62,967 bases of DNA, taken from positions 1-62,967 of the forward strand of contig JARFQH010000087.1 in assembly GCA_029287875.1 (NCBI GenBank), in the 5' to 3' direction. Positions within the stretch are counted from its first letter, which is position 1; each line of letters opens with the position of its first letter. This stretch comes from Desulfobacteraceae bacterium (GTDB taxonomy: Bacteria > Desulfobacterota > Desulfobacteria > Desulfobacterales > SG8-13). Position numbers and translations under genes: made by a program. Positions 38,813-48,445 of this stretch are shown here, piece by piece. The notes below the pieces were generated by a model. It did no database searches and was not told the DNA's origin. It saw nothing but the letters and a program-made list of their open reading frames with translations.

Positions 38813-39037
38813 AAAGGTTTTGGGCTGCGTTATCGGTCGTCGGCGTATTACAATACAGCCTCCTCCCTCTGGCCTTGCCCAAACCATTATCTTAAAGCCT
38901 ACGTGCAAATGGAACCTTGAGCTTTGAGATAAAGGTACTGGACTGCGTTATCGGTCGTCGGCGTATTAGAATACAGCCTTCTCCCTCTGGCCTTTCCAAA
39001 ACCATTACCTTAGAGCCTATGTGCAAATGGAACCTTG
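38813..39037. repeat. Tandem direct repeat, two ~107-bp near-identical units with 118-bp period, in the leader/promoter region of the glycerol ABC operon
   Basis: Unit 1 (38813-38919) and unit 2 (38931-39037) align base for base with only a few substitutions (…CTGCGTTATCGGTCGTCGGCGTATTA[C/G]AATACAGCC[T/-]…GTGCAAATGGAACCTTG). A partial third start (ATAAAGG) follows at ~39053. Confidence 0.85.
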
Positions 39038-39113
39038 GCTGTGAAACTGTGCATAAAGGCGACGATGCTCCCCATTAGCGCGTATAGACATCAGCCATAG
39101 CACTGCCCTTCGA

Positions 39114-39129
39114 TTTTCACAAGCGAAAA
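39114..39129. promoter_or_regulatory. Candidate GlpR (DeoR-family) operator, site 1
   Basis: TTTTCAC-AA-GCGAAAA has 6 of 7 arm positions palindromic. It lies between glpR and the ABC operon. Confidence 0.45.
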
Positions 39130-39160
39130 TATAGCTCCGTTTATTTTCTGTTGACCGGCT

Positions 39161-39937
39161 TTACAGGTCGGCTTTATCGGTTTTGGACGCTACGTAGAGC
39201 TCAATATCCGCTGCTCCCAACACCTCCGAAAGAGCTTGGGGGGGCGGCCGGTCTGTAAACAGGGCATCGATCTCATCGATACTGCCCAGTCGGACCATGG
39301 CATTGCGCCCGAATTTGGTATGATCGGTTGCCAGAAAAATCCGCCGAGAATTGTCGATGATGGCTCGCGAGACACGGACTTCACGGTAATCGAAATCGAG
39401 AAGCGTGCCGTCCATATCGATGCCGCTGATGCCGATGATGCCGAAATCGACGCGAAACTGCTGGATAAAGTCGATCGTGAGCGGGCCGATGATGCCGCCG
39501 TCGCGATGTCTTACCAAGCCGCCGGCCACAATGACTTCGAAATTTTCGTTGCCGCTTAAAATGGAGGCGACATTGAGGTTGTTCGTGATCACTTTGAGAC
39601 GCTGATGGTTGCACAGCGCCTTGGCAATTTCCTCCGTCGTGGTGCCGATATTGATAAAAAGAGACGCATTGTTCGGGATTTTATCCGCAACCATTGCGGC
39701 GATTTGCTGCTTTTCTCTGAGGCACAACACTTTTCGTTGTGTGTAGGCAACGTTCTCGGTGCTGGAGGCAACCCCGGCGCCACCATGATACCGGTTGATC
39801 GACCCCTCTTCACACAGGGTGTTGATGTCACGCCGAATCGTCTGGGGGGTCACCTTGAATGCTTGTGACAGAGACTCGATCGTTACAAATCCCCTGCTTT
39901 GAACCAGCTCGCGGATTTTTTCATGCCGCGTGCGCAT
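39161..39937 (-). CDS. glpR: DeoR-family transcriptional repressor (glycerol-3-phosphate regulon type)
   Basis: Track ORF 39161..40048 trimmed to the ATG at 39937 ([41 protein letters not shown] is a DeoR HTH). It has a C-terminal sugar-phosphate sensor domain and sits between the glp transporter and glpAB. Confidence 0.85.
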   Translation of the reverse strand: MRTRHEKIRELVQSRGFVTIESLSQAFKVTPQTIRRDINTLCEEGSINRYHGGAGVASSTENVAYTQRKVLCLREKQQIAAMVADKIPNNASLFINIGTTTEEIAKALCNHQRLKVITNNLNVASILSGNENFEVIVAGGLVRHRDGGIIGPLTIDFIQQFRVDFGIIGISGIDMDGTLLDFDYREVRVSRAIIDNSRRIFLATDHTKFGRNAMVRLGSIDEIDALFTDRPPPQALSEVLGAADIELYVASKTDKADL

Positions 39938-40096
39938 CGGCGCCGTTTTTTTACGCGACGCGCCGTCATTCCGGCAAAAATTTTGTTTGTCGCTGCGTCC
40001 TGCCGGACCGGATCGCCCATTGCCAGCCCTCATATGTCCTCCATCCAACCGGATTCGGGTATAATACTTTCTTTTATGAAAATTAATAGAAAGAAA

Positions 40097-40112
40097 AATT
40101 CACAAACGAAAA
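40097..40112. promoter_or_regulatory. Candidate GlpR operator, site 2 (degenerate)
   Basis: AATTCAC-AA-ACGAAAA lies in the glpR/glpA divergent intergenic. It matches sites 1 and 3 at 13 of 16 positions. Confidence 0.35.
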
Positions 40113-40206
40113 TTTATCGTGACACGATATTCCGGTTGTGCTACGGCTGAGAAGAGAAATATGGTTGCACTTGCATGTCTATCCTTCGTTTAACAGCCCG
40201 GCTGTG

Positions 40207-40222
40207 TTTTCACAAGTGAAAA
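40207..40222. promoter_or_regulatory. Candidate GlpR operator, site 3 (perfect palindrome)
   Basis: TTTTCAC-AA-GTGAAAA has perfect 7-bp arms. It ends 39 nt upstream of the glpA ATG. Confidence 0.5.
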
Positions 40223-40261
40223 TAAAAGAATTTCTTCGGCCGTTAATTTAACGTGGCCTCA

Positions 40262-41839
40262 ATGACTCAGCCAAAACCACATTTGTTGAAAACCGGTGTA
40301 CTCATCATCGGTGCCGGCGTGACGGGGACTGGTCTCGCCCGTGATCTATCGCTGCGCGGCATTCCCTGCATTCTGGCCGAAAGAAAGGATTTCAACGCCG
40401 GCGCGTCAGGTGGCAATCACGGTTTGCTCCATTCCGGCGCCCGCTATGTTGTATCCGATCCGTCGGCGGCTGTGGAATGCCAAAAGGAAAACCGGCTGCT
40501 TAAAAAACTGGCACCGCAGTGCATCGAGGAAACCGGCGGACTTTTTGTTGCCGTAGAAGGTGATGACGAGAACTACGTGGCTGACTTTGCCGCTTTGTGC
40601 GCACGATTAGGCATAGAATCTCAAGCGTTGGAAGCCTCGGAAGCCCGCGACGCAGAACCGGCTTTGTCGGAAAAGATCATCGCGGCCTTCAAGGTAAACG
40701 ATGCCGCGATAGACCCCTTTAAGCTCAGCCTGGAAAACATCTCGCATGCCCGGCAGCACGGGGCGGTGTTTCTGCCCCACAGCCGGGCGGTTCAGTTCGA
40801 CTGCCGCAATCATCGCGTTCGAACGGTTCTGCTGACCGATATCAAAACCGGACGGCACACCACAATCGAAACCGATTTCGTTGTCAACGCTTCCGGGGCC
40901 TGGTCCGGAGAAGTGGCGGCCCTGGCCGGTATTCGGCTCCGCATGGTCTACTCCAAGGGCAGTCTGCTGGTGACACAGAGCCGGATGGCCGGTCAGGTCA
41001 TCAACCGGCTGCGTCGTCCGACCGATGGTGATATTCTCGTACCGGGCGGGACGGTTTCCATCCTCGGCACGACCTCCGTGCGCATCGAATCACTGACCGA
41101 TTATCGTCCTACCGTGGAAGAGGTGGATCAGATTATTTCCGAAGGCGCCTTGATGATTCCCGCGTTAGAAAACACCCGTTTCATTCGCGCTTATTCCGGC
41201 ATACGGCCGCTGCTCGATGCACCGGCCACCGACGATGATCGCAGCGTCAGTCGGGGATTTGCTCTGATCGATCATGCAGCGGAAGGCGTTGACAATTTTG
41301 CCACCATTACCGGCGGAAAACTAACCACATACCGGTTGATGGCCGAAAAAACGGCCGATTTCATCTGCCGTCGATTCGGCACACCGCGTCCCTGTCGGAC
41401 ACAAACCGAACCTCTTCCGGTGACCTCCGACGGGCGGTGGACCGAGCCGGGTCTGGCGCCACGATTCTGGCTGAAAAATCGCAATCCAGACGACGTTATC
41501 CTGTGCGAATGCGAAATGATACCGCAGAGCGTGGTCGACAGCATCGTTCAAAGTATCCGCAATCAGGGTGCGCGGACGGACCTCAAATCGATCGGCTTGC
41601 GCAGCCGGATCGGGAAAGGTCCCTGCCAGGGAGCCTTCTGCAGCGCGCGCCTGACGGCCTATCTGTATGATCAAGGGCTGCTGGATGCCCGGCACGGCAT
41701 CGAAGACCTGAAAACCTTTCTCGATGCGCGCTGGCGAGGACAAAAACCCCTGATGTGGGGAGGTCCGCTCATTCAGGCTGAACTGCAGGAGGCCATGCAC
41801 TGCGGGCTTCTCGGGCTTGAGCTCGAAGAAGAGTCCTGA
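40262..41839 (+). CDS. glpA: Anaerobic glycerol-3-phosphate dehydrogenase subunit A
   Basis: Track ORF 40253..41839, ATG at 40262. FAD fold VLIIGAGVTGTGLARDL. C-terminal BFD-like [2Fe-2S] cysteines (CECEMIP...CQGAFC). It is followed by glpB. Confidence 0.88.
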   Translation: MTQPKPHLLKTGVLIIGAGVTGTGLARDLSLRGIPCILAERKDFNAGASGGNHGLLHSGARYVVSDPSAAVECQKENRLLKKLAPQCIEETGGLFVAVEGDDENYVADFAALCARLGIESQALEASEARDAEPALSEKIIAAFKVNDAAIDPFKLSLENISHARQHGAVFLPHSRAVQFDCRNHRVRTVLLTDIKTGRHTTIETDFVVNASGAWSGEVAALAGIRLRMVYSKGSLLVTQSRMAGQVINRLRRPTDGDILVPGGTVSILGTTSVRIESLTDYRPTVEEVDQIISEGALMIPALENTRFIRAYSGIRPLLDAPATDDDRSVSRGFALIDHAAEGVDNFATITGGKLTTYRLMAEKTADFICRRFGTPRPCRTQTEPLPVTSDGRWTEPGLAPRFWLKNRNPDDVILCECEMIPQSVVDSIVQSIRNQGARTDLKSIGLRSRIGKGPCQGAFCSARLTAYLYDQGLLDARHGIEDLKTFLDARWRGQKPLMWGGPLIQAELQEAMHCGLLGLELEEES

Positions 41840-41870
41840 GGTCGACGCCGTCACGGCACACAGGAAAAAA

Positions 41871-43148
41871 ATGGCTCAATCGGAAACCATCCATTGCGAA
41901 CTGATGGTGATCGGCGCCGGAATGGCCGGAATGGCCGCGGCCCTTTTCGCCGCTCGCCACCATGTTTCCACCGTCCAGGTCGGGCTATCCGCCGAAATCA
42001 TTTATGCCAGCGGCCTGATCGACCTGCTGGGGGTTCATCCGATCGAGAAGGGCCGACGCTGGCGAAATCCCTGGGCGGCCATAGCGGCGGTGTCCAAGTC
42101 GTGCCCGAATCATCCCTTTGCCCGTCTGCCCCGAAGTGATATCCGGGCCGCTTTGGATGAATTTATCGACTTTTTGGCAACCGCCGGATTGCCGTATCGG
42201 TGCTACAAGGATCGCAATGCGGATGTCGTCACCCCGGTCGGAAGCATCAAGCGAACATATGCCGTGCCTCAAAGCATGTGGAGAGGTGTGCTGGCCTGGC
42301 ACCGTAAATGTCCCTGCCTGATCGTCGATTTTCACGGCTTGAAAGGCTTCAGTGCACGGCAGATCCAGTCTGTTCTGAAGGACAGATGGCCGGCACTGCG
42401 GGCCGTCCGCTTGGCTTTTCCCGATTTGCCGGCCGAGCTCTATCCCGAACGCATGGCCCATGCCCTGGAACTCAGCCGCACCCGCGAGCAATTGGCTGCC
42501 GCGGTGAGGCCGCTGATCAAGGACGCAAAAATGTTGGGGTTGCCGGCGATTTGTGGTACCTACCAGACATCGAGCGTGGTGGCAGACCTGCAGAAGAAGA
42601 TCGGGATTCCGGTATTTGAGATCCCCACCTTGCCGCCGGCCATCTCCGGGTTGCGTCTGAAGAACGCCCTTGAGCAATCCCTTCCGTCCCTCGGGGTCAC
42701 CACACTTTACAACAAAAAGGTGATCCGGGTGCAGATAGACGGCCGCGGCCATCTCATTTTTGACGTCGGGGCCCGGGAAAAAGAGATCACCGTCCAGGCG
42801 CAAGCGGCGATATTGGCCAGCGGCCGGTTTATCGGTCAGGGCTTGACCGCTGATCGCAAACGCATCCGTGAAACGCTTTTCGATTTGACCATATCTCAAC
42901 CGTCGAGCCGGCGGCACTGGCACCGTGAGCATTTTCTGGATCTCAAGGGTCACGCCATCAATCGAGCCGGTCTTGAAATCGACGAGTGTTTTCGACCATT
43001 GACGGCTGACGGCCGCCCGGCTTTTGAAAATCTCTATGCCGCCGGATCCATCCTGGCCCATTGTGATTGGATGCGAATGAAATGCGGCTCGGGTCTTGCG
43101 ATCGCCACGGCCTATGGCGCCGTCAAGGCCTATCTGAAAAACCGTTGA
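41871..43148 (+). CDS. glpB: Anaerobic glycerol-3-phosphate dehydrogenase subunit B
   Basis: Track ORF 41817..43148 trimmed to the ATG at 41871 (MAQSETIHCELMVIGAGMAGMAAALFAA). The FAD fold, size and position after glpA fit GlpB. Confidence 0.8.
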   Translation: MAQSETIHCELMVIGAGMAGMAAALFAARHHVSTVQVGLSAEIIYASGLIDLLGVHPIEKGRRWRNPWAAIAAVSKSCPNHPFARLPRSDIRAALDEFIDFLATAGLPYRCYKDRNADVVTPVGSIKRTYAVPQSMWRGVLAWHRKCPCLIVDFHGLKGFSARQIQSVLKDRWPALRAVRLAFPDLPAELYPERMAHALELSRTREQLAAAVRPLIKDAKMLGLPAICGTYQTSSVVADLQKKIGIPVFEIPTLPPAISGLRLKNALEQSLPSLGVTTLYNKKVIRVQIDGRGHLIFDVGAREKEITVQAQAAILASGRFIGQGLTADRKRIRETLFDLTISQPSSRRHWHREHFLDLKGHAINRAGLEIDECFRPLTADGRPAFENLYAAGSILAHCDWMRMKCGSGLAIATAYGAVKAYLKNR

Positions 43149-43286
43149 GTCGGTCGCTTCCGTTAGGTCTCCCGAATTTCTTCGGGTGGCGATCCCGGAC
43201 CGAATGTGGGTTCGTGTCCGGCGTCAGGTTGAAATGTTGGTTCTTCGCTCATACTCATAAATGACATCTCAGTTGCGCGTTTCACA

Positions 43287-43298
43287 TTTTCAAGAAAA
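43287..43298. promoter_or_regulatory. Candidate GlpR operator, site 4 (short form)
   Basis: TTTTC-AA-GAAAA is a palindrome about 105 nt upstream of the glpK ATG. It shares the outer arms of sites 1-3. Confidence 0.3.
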
Positions 43299-43402
43299 TG
43301 GGACCTCAGTTATGAGTGCTCATCCAGCTATCGCAACGGCGGATGTTGATCGATTGCGGACTCACGGTCAACTTGCCGCAACCGCGGAAGGGAGGTAAAA
43401 CA

Positions 43403-44914
43403 ATGGCCAAATATATCGGTGCCTTGGATCTGGGAACCACGAGCAATCGGTTTATCGTCTTCGACCACCAGGGCCGGATCATCGGCTTTGACCAGATGGA
43501 GCACGAACAGATTTTACCTCGGCCGGGCTGGGTGGAGCACGACCCAATGGAGATCTGGCGCAATTCTCAGGCCGTTATCAAAGGGGCTTTGGGAAAAAGC
43601 GGCATCAGCGGCGGCGACCTGGTCGCAATCGGTATCACCAATCAGCGTGAAACGGCCGTGCTGTGGGACAAAAATTCCGGCCGTCCCCTTTACAATGCGA
43701 TTGTCTGGCAGTGCACCCGGTCCAATGACATCTGTCGGCGGCTGTCGGCCGGGCACGGACAGGACCGGTTTCGAGAAAAGACCGGACTGCCCATCGCGAC
43801 CTATTTTTCAGGACCCAAGGTCCGCTGGATATTGGACGAGGTCCCGGAGGCCCGCACGGCGGCCCAAAAGGGTTCGGCCCTTTTCGGTACCATCGAATCC
43901 TGGATTATCTGGTGGCTGACAGGCGGGCCGAACGGCGGGGCGCACGTGACCGATGTCACCAATGCCAGCCGAACGCTCATGATGAATTTGAACACCCTCG
44001 ATTGGGATGATGAGATTCTGAATGTGCTGGACATTCCCCGCCGGATCCTGCCGCGCATCGTCCCGTCCAGCGATCGGAATACCTGGGGTCATACGGCCAA
44101 AGACGGTGCCTTTAATTCAACCATTCCGGTGTGCGGTGCTCTGGGCGATCAGCAGGCTGCACTGGTGGGGCAGACGTGTTTTGAAGTCGGCGAGGCCAAG
44201 AACACTTACGGGACCGGATGCTTTCTGCTGTTGAATACCGGCAACGAACCCGTGGCTTCCCGACACGGTCTCCTGACGACCGTCGCTTACCAGGTCCGGG
44301 GGGAGAAACCGGTCTATTGTCTCGAAGGCTCGATTGCCATTGCCGGTGCCCTGGTGCAATGGCTGCGGGACAATCTCGGTTTGATTGACGCGGCACCGGA
44401 TGTCGAAACCCTGGCCCGCACGGTGCCGAACAATGGCGGCGCCTACATCGTGCCGGCTTTTTCGGGGTTGTTCGCCCCTTACTGGCGCTCCGACGCGCGC
44501 GGTGTCATCGCCGGCCTGACCCGATTCGTCAACAAGGGTCATCTGGCGCGTGCCGTTTTAGAGGCCAGCGCCTACCAGACCCTCGAGATCGTCGAGGCCA
44601 TGAACAAGGACTCGGGAGTGGCTCTGACTAGTCTCAAGGTCGACGGCGGGATGGTGGCCAACGAGCTGCTCATGCAATTTCAGGCGGACATCCTGGACGT
44701 TCCGGTCATTCGTCCGGCTGTCACCGAAACCACCGCTTTGGGGGCGGCTTACGCGGCCGGGCTTGCAGTGGGCTACTGGTCCGATAGTGACGAACTCCGG
44801 CACAACTGGGCGGTCGACAAAACCTGGGAGCCGCAAATGGATCCGGCCGAGCGGCAAAAGGGGATCGGTGACTGGAAAAAAGCAGTCGCGAGAACATTTA
44901 ACTGGGTAGAATAA
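43403..44914 (+). CDS. glpK: Glycerol kinase
   Basis: Track ORF 43316..44914 trimmed to the ATG at 43403 after [26 protein letters not shown] and [13 protein letters not shown] are canonical FGGY/GlpK motifs. Confidence 0.95.
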   Translation: MAKYIGALDLGTTSNRFIVFDHQGRIIGFDQMEHEQILPRPGWVEHDPMEIWRNSQAVIKGALGKSGISGGDLVAIGITNQRETAVLWDKNSGRPLYNAIVWQCTRSNDICRRLSAGHGQDRFREKTGLPIATYFSGPKVRWILDEVPEARTAAQKGSALFGTIESWIIWWLTGGPNGGAHVTDVTNASRTLMMNLNTLDWDDEILNVLDIPRRILPRIVPSSDRNTWGHTAKDGAFNSTIPVCGALGDQQAALVGQTCFEVGEAKNTYGTGCFLLLNTGNEPVASRHGLLTTVAYQVRGEKPVYCLEGSIAIAGALVQWLRDNLGLIDAAPDVETLARTVPNNGGAYIVPAFSGLFAPYWRSDARGVIAGLTRFVNKGHLARAVLEASAYQTLEIVEAMNKDSGVALTSLKVDGGMVANELLMQFQADILDVPVIRPAVTETTALGAAYAAGLAVGYWSDSDELRHNWAVDKTWEPQMDPAERQKGIGDWKKAVARTFNWVE

Positions 44915-46092
44915 TGCTTTTCGAATTCGGCACGGCGAACCGCATCATCTTTGGTGCCGGTGCGATCGAACGCGTGGGACGGCTGGCTGCAGATCTGGGG
45001 CGACGCGCCTTGGTGGTCACCGGCCGCTCACCCGAGCGTGCCGATGCGCTCGTGCAACAGTTGAAAAAACACGATGTCCTCGTCGGTCGTTTCAGCGTAA
45101 CCGGCGAACCGACATTGGGGCTGTTGACGGAAGGATTGTCTCAGGCGCGAGCTCATGGTGCCGATGTGGTCATCGGTTTTGGTGGCGGCAGTGTCATCGA
45201 TACCGGCAAGGCTTTGGCCGCGCTGGTTAACAATCCCGGTGACATAATGGACTATCTGGAAGTCATCGGTCGGGGCCGGCCGCTGACGAATGTTCCGGCG
45301 CCTTGTATCGCCGTTCCGACCACGGCTGGCACCGGGGCCGAGGTCACCTGCAACGCTGTTTTGAAATCGACCGAACACGACGTAAAGGTCAGCCTGCGCA
45401 GCCCGATGATGTTCCCGCGTTTTGCGGTCGTCGACCCTGAGGTGACGCTGTCGCTGCCACCGCCAGTTACGGCCGCCACAGGCATGGACGCCCTGACCCA
45501 GCTCATCGAAGCCTTCGTGTCGAAGAGATCGAATCCCCTGACCGACAGTTTGTGCCGCGGTGGAATCAAAAGGGTCGCCCGCTCTTTGAGAACAGTCTAT
45601 TTTCAGCCGGACGACGCGGAAGCCCGCAGCGACATGTCCCTGGCCAGCTTGTTCAGCGGCCTGGCGCTGGCCAATGCCGGGCTCGGTGCGGTTCACGGCA
45701 TAGCCGGACCGCTGGGCGGTCTGTGCGACGCACCCCACGGTGCGATTTGTGCAAAACTACTGCCGACCGTCGTGAAGGCCAACGTGCAGGCCCTGCAGAT
45801 TCGAGAGCCGACTTCGGCGGCCCTGGTCCGGTACCAAGAGGTATTTCGTTGGTTGACCGGCTCCCGGACCGCAACCGCAACCGACGGCATCGAATGGCTC
45901 CATCAATTGGTCAGGGATTTGCAGATCCCACCACTTAGCGATTACGGGTTGCAGCCAAGTGACACGGCGAGATTGGTGCCTCAGGCTCAGAAGGCCAGCA
46001 GCATGCAGACCAACCCGGTTTCTCTGACCGCCGCGGAACTGGCGGAGATTTTGTCCGAGGCCATCACAGCGAGGGGTTTGGTACGAAAATAG
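44914..46092 (+). CDS. Iron-containing (group III) alcohol dehydrogenase
   Basis: 392 aa. The start overlaps the glpK stop (TAATG). Fe-ADH motifs are GFGGGSVIDTGKA and PTTAGTGAEVT. The substrate is unknown; a glycerol- or propanediol-related one is plausible from context. Confidence 0.85.
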   Translation: MLFEFGTANRIIFGAGAIERVGRLAADLGRRALVVTGRSPERADALVQQLKKHDVLVGRFSVTGEPTLGLLTEGLSQARAHGADVVIGFGGGSVIDTGKALAALVNNPGDIMDYLEVIGRGRPLTNVPAPCIAVPTTAGTGAEVTCNAVLKSTEHDVKVSLRSPMMFPRFAVVDPEVTLSLPPPVTAATGMDALTQLIEAFVSKRSNPLTDSLCRGGIKRVARSLRTVYFQPDDAEARSDMSLASLFSGLALANAGLGAVHGIAGPLGGLCDAPHGAICAKLLPTVVKANVQALQIREPTSAALVRYQEVFRWLTGSRTATATDGIEWLHQLVRDLQIPPLSDYGLQPSDTARLVPQAQKASSMQTNPVSLTAAELAEILSEAITARGLVRK

Positions 46093-46109
46093 AATCAGAG
46101 CCGCAAATA

Positions 46110-46144
46110 GAAACTTGAAACTTGAAACTCGAAAAGCGGAAACA
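46110..46144. repeat. Five tandem heptamers GAAACTT-like
   Basis: GAAACTT GAAACTT GAAACTC GAAAAGC GGAAACA, immediately downstream of the ADH stop. Confidence 0.7.
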
Positions 46145-46483
46145 GTGGTGGTTTAAGGGCCATGAGCGTTTAATCGATAAAATCGATGATGCCCTTTAAC
46201 TGACCAAACTGACTTAGCCGACTCAATCCCGCCGCGTCGGGACTAAACCGGCTCAACGGACTCAACTGACACAACCGAAAAAGGTTTGCACCTCCGCCCG
46301 GATGAACGGTTTCGAAAGACGGCTTAAACTCGCCGCTAACGGGCTCAGACAGTCAGCCGCTGTTCGCAACCGCTCATCCGGGCTCCGGCGCGTCATTTTC
46401 ATGCACCGTGGCGGCCCAAAGGACGCGTCATTTTGTTAACGTTATTGAGATCACGATCCTAAAAAATGCAGAAGGGAAACAAG

Positions 46484-48265
46484 ATGCCGAGCGCGAACCC
46501 GGTGACCACTTTCGACGAATACCAGCTCAGGGCTCGCGGGCGCCTTTCAACTGCCCGGGAAACCATCAAAGTTTACCGGGACATGGCCGGCGCGGCCCCC
46601 CATTGGAATCCGGCGCATGTTCTGCAAGCGGAATGCCGGGCGGCGATCGACCTGCTCGACAAAATGACGGAGAGATTGGACCGCAAGCTGGTCGTCACCC
46701 TGATCGGACCCAGTGGGGCCGGCAAATCGACCCTCTTGAACGCCCTGTCCGGTGACGACAGGCTCTCGCGGGCCGGCGACGACCGGCCGACGACCAAAGA
46801 AGTGGTTGTTTTTTGCCGGTCTCGATCCGATGCCGACCTTCTGCTCTCAGGCCTCACACCCGATACGGTTTCCGTGGCCCAGCGTCCGGGCGCCGCCGGG
46901 CTTGAGCACGTCATTCTGGTGGACACCCCCGACATGGACAGCACGGAAAGCGAAAAGTTCCACCCGGTCCTGGAGAAAACCCTTGGGCTGACAGATGTGC
47001 TGGTGTGCGTGTTGAACGCCGAGAACCCGAAACGCCGCGACACGATCGTTTTCCTGAAGCGTTTCGTCGACCTCTTCCCCGGCAGTGCGCTTTACGTGGT
47101 CTTGAACCGCTGCGATCGCCTTCCGGAAGACGAATTGAAGGCCACCATTTTGCCGGATCTCCGAAACCACCTCGAGGCTTCATGGCAAAGAGAGGTCGAC
47201 CACATTTTCTGCATCAGCGCCCGCAGCCACCTCAATGACCCCCGCTGGCCCGAGGATGAAAAACCGTTCCACGACTTCGACCAGTACCCGCAGCTACGGG
47301 ACCTGATTTATGGAACCCTGAGCCGGGGCGGTCGCTTCGTCAATACCCGCGTGGAGCGAGCCGATCACTTGGTGGAGTTGGTCCGGCGGTCTGTCCGCTC
47401 AAATGTTGCGGAGGTGAAGGACCGGCTGATCGGCGTGCGCAGGGATGTTCTCGTGCTGGAGCAAAAGGCGACGACGGCTGCAACGGCCGCCTTTAAAGAG
47501 AGCGGCACGCAGATGATGACCGGCGTTCAGGCCATGTTCTATCAGAATCTCGCCGGGCGGTGGTGGGGTCCGGTCGGATGGCTGGTGGCCCTCTGGGCCC
47601 GGTTTCTCATGGCCGGTGCCGGGGTGGTGGCCACGCTGCGTTTCGGCAACCCGGTGCTTCAACTCTGGGGGCTCGTCTCCTCTCTGGTGCGCTACCGTAA
47701 AACCCGTAGCGCGGTCGAAGAGGCCGCTACCGGTGGAGAAATGGCGCCGGTGATGCTTAAGTACCGCTTCACGCTCCAGCAGGCCTGGCCGGATATTGCC
47801 GATAAATTGATTGCCCTGGGATTCAACGGCGGGGTACGGGACGCCGCCGCCGTTCTGCCGGACGAAAAGGCGCTGCAACAGCACCTGTCGGCTTCATGGA
47901 AATCCAAAATGGAGGCGGTGATGGAGCAAAGGGCTGCTTCCGTGTCGGGCTTTTTTTTGCAGCTGGTCTTCAACCTTCCGACCCTTGCGGTCATGGGACT
48001 CTTTGCCTTTCAGAGCGTTAAGAGTTTTCTTTTTCAGTCGACCCTTTCATCCGGATACTTTCTGCATGCGGCGGTCAGTGTCCTGATGGTGTGGTTGCTC
48101 TCCTTTGTTCTATTTCAAGTCATCGTGCGGTTCGCCAGCGGTCGGAATCTGCTCGACAGGACCTTCAGGCGGTTGGTCGACGGGGTCGACCCCGACGGCA
48201 GTGAACTGCTGAGTCGCTCGATCGTGACAGAAATCGACGCCGTTCTGAGGTTGAATGACGTGTAG
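46484..48265 (+). CDS. Membrane-anchored P-loop GTPase (dynamin/YfjP-like G domain plus C-terminal TM region)
   Basis: Track ORF 46466..48265. The ATG at 46484 is preferred because AAGGGA lies upstream. G1 is GPSGAGKSTLLNALSG, G3-like is LVDTPDMDS, and G4-like is LNRCD. The C-terminal third has several hydrophobic helices (WWGPVGWLVALWARFLMAGAGVVATL; FLHAAVSVLMVWLLSFVLFQVIV). Confidence 0.7.
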   Translation: MPSANPVTTFDEYQLRARGRLSTARETIKVYRDMAGAAPHWNPAHVLQAECRAAIDLLDKMTERLDRKLVVTLIGPSGAGKSTLLNALSGDDRLSRAGDDRPTTKEVVVFCRSRSDADLLLSGLTPDTVSVAQRPGAAGLEHVILVDTPDMDSTESEKFHPVLEKTLGLTDVLVCVLNAENPKRRDTIVFLKRFVDLFPGSALYVVLNRCDRLPEDELKATILPDLRNHLEASWQREVDHIFCISARSHLNDPRWPEDEKPFHDFDQYPQLRDLIYGTLSRGGRFVNTRVERADHLVELVRRSVRSNVAEVKDRLIGVRRDVLVLEQKATTAATAAFKESGTQMMTGVQAMFYQNLAGRWWGPVGWLVALWARFLMAGAGVVATLRFGNPVLQLWGLVSSLVRYRKTRSAVEEAATGGEMAPVMLKYRFTLQQAWPDIADKLIALGFNGGVRDAAAVLPDEKALQQHLSASWKSKMEAVMEQRAASVSGFFLQLVFNLPTLAVMGLFAFQSVKSFLFQSTLSSGYFLHAAVSVLMVWLLSFVLFQVIVRFASGRNLLDRTFRRLVDGVDPDGSELLSRSIVTEIDAVLRLNDV

Positions 48266-48385
48266 TGTCGCCGTCGGATCAGCGAATATAAAAAAAGAGA
48301 AAAGAGTACACCTCTGCAGAGACAGTGGCCCAACTGACGAAAAAGCGGCGCAATCTCCCGGCGGTGTCGACCTTGTTTGTTTTCC

Positions 48386-48414
48386 TTGACACCCTTAATT
48401 CATGTAATTACAAT
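48386..48414 (+). promoter_or_regulatory. Near-consensus sigma70 promoter of mazEF
   Basis: TTGACA (48386-48391), 17-nt spacer, TACAAT (48409-48414). It lies 32 nt upstream of the antitoxin ATG. Confidence 0.6.
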
Positions 48415-48445
48415 GTGACCACAATAAACCTTTAGGAGACCATCC

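Noticed and set aside
38813-39037. Tandem 118-bp-period repeat as a CRISPR array or REP/MITE element
   Set aside because: There are only two full units, with essentially no unique spacers between them, and the period and length are far from CRISPR geometry. I saw no terminal inverted repeats or target-site duplications. It is kept as a plain tandem repeat of unknown role.
41985-43061. Long antisense ORFs inside GC-rich genes: 41985..43061 (-) in glpB, 4791..5723 (-) in the kamA-like gene, 49193..50359 (+) in ilvA, 45028..45738 (-) in the ADH gene, 32579..33385 (+) in the binding-protein gene, and 18701..19183 (-) in acoA
   Set aside because: Each is fully nested opposite a gene with strong family motifs. 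Their translations are Arg/Gly/Pro/His-rich and low in complexity, as expected from stop-codon depletion on the antisense strand of GC-rich coding DNA.
43171-43186. Hairpin CCCGAA-tttc-TTCGGG after glpB as an intrinsic terminator
   Set aside because: The stem is only 6 bp and is followed by TGGCGATCC rather than a U-tract. It may form a structure, but it is not a convincing Rho-independent terminator.
46110-46144. Heptamer array as a CRISPR-like or coding repeat
   Set aside because: It is only 35 bp with no spacers and lies in non-coding DNA. It is reported only as a short tandem repeat.
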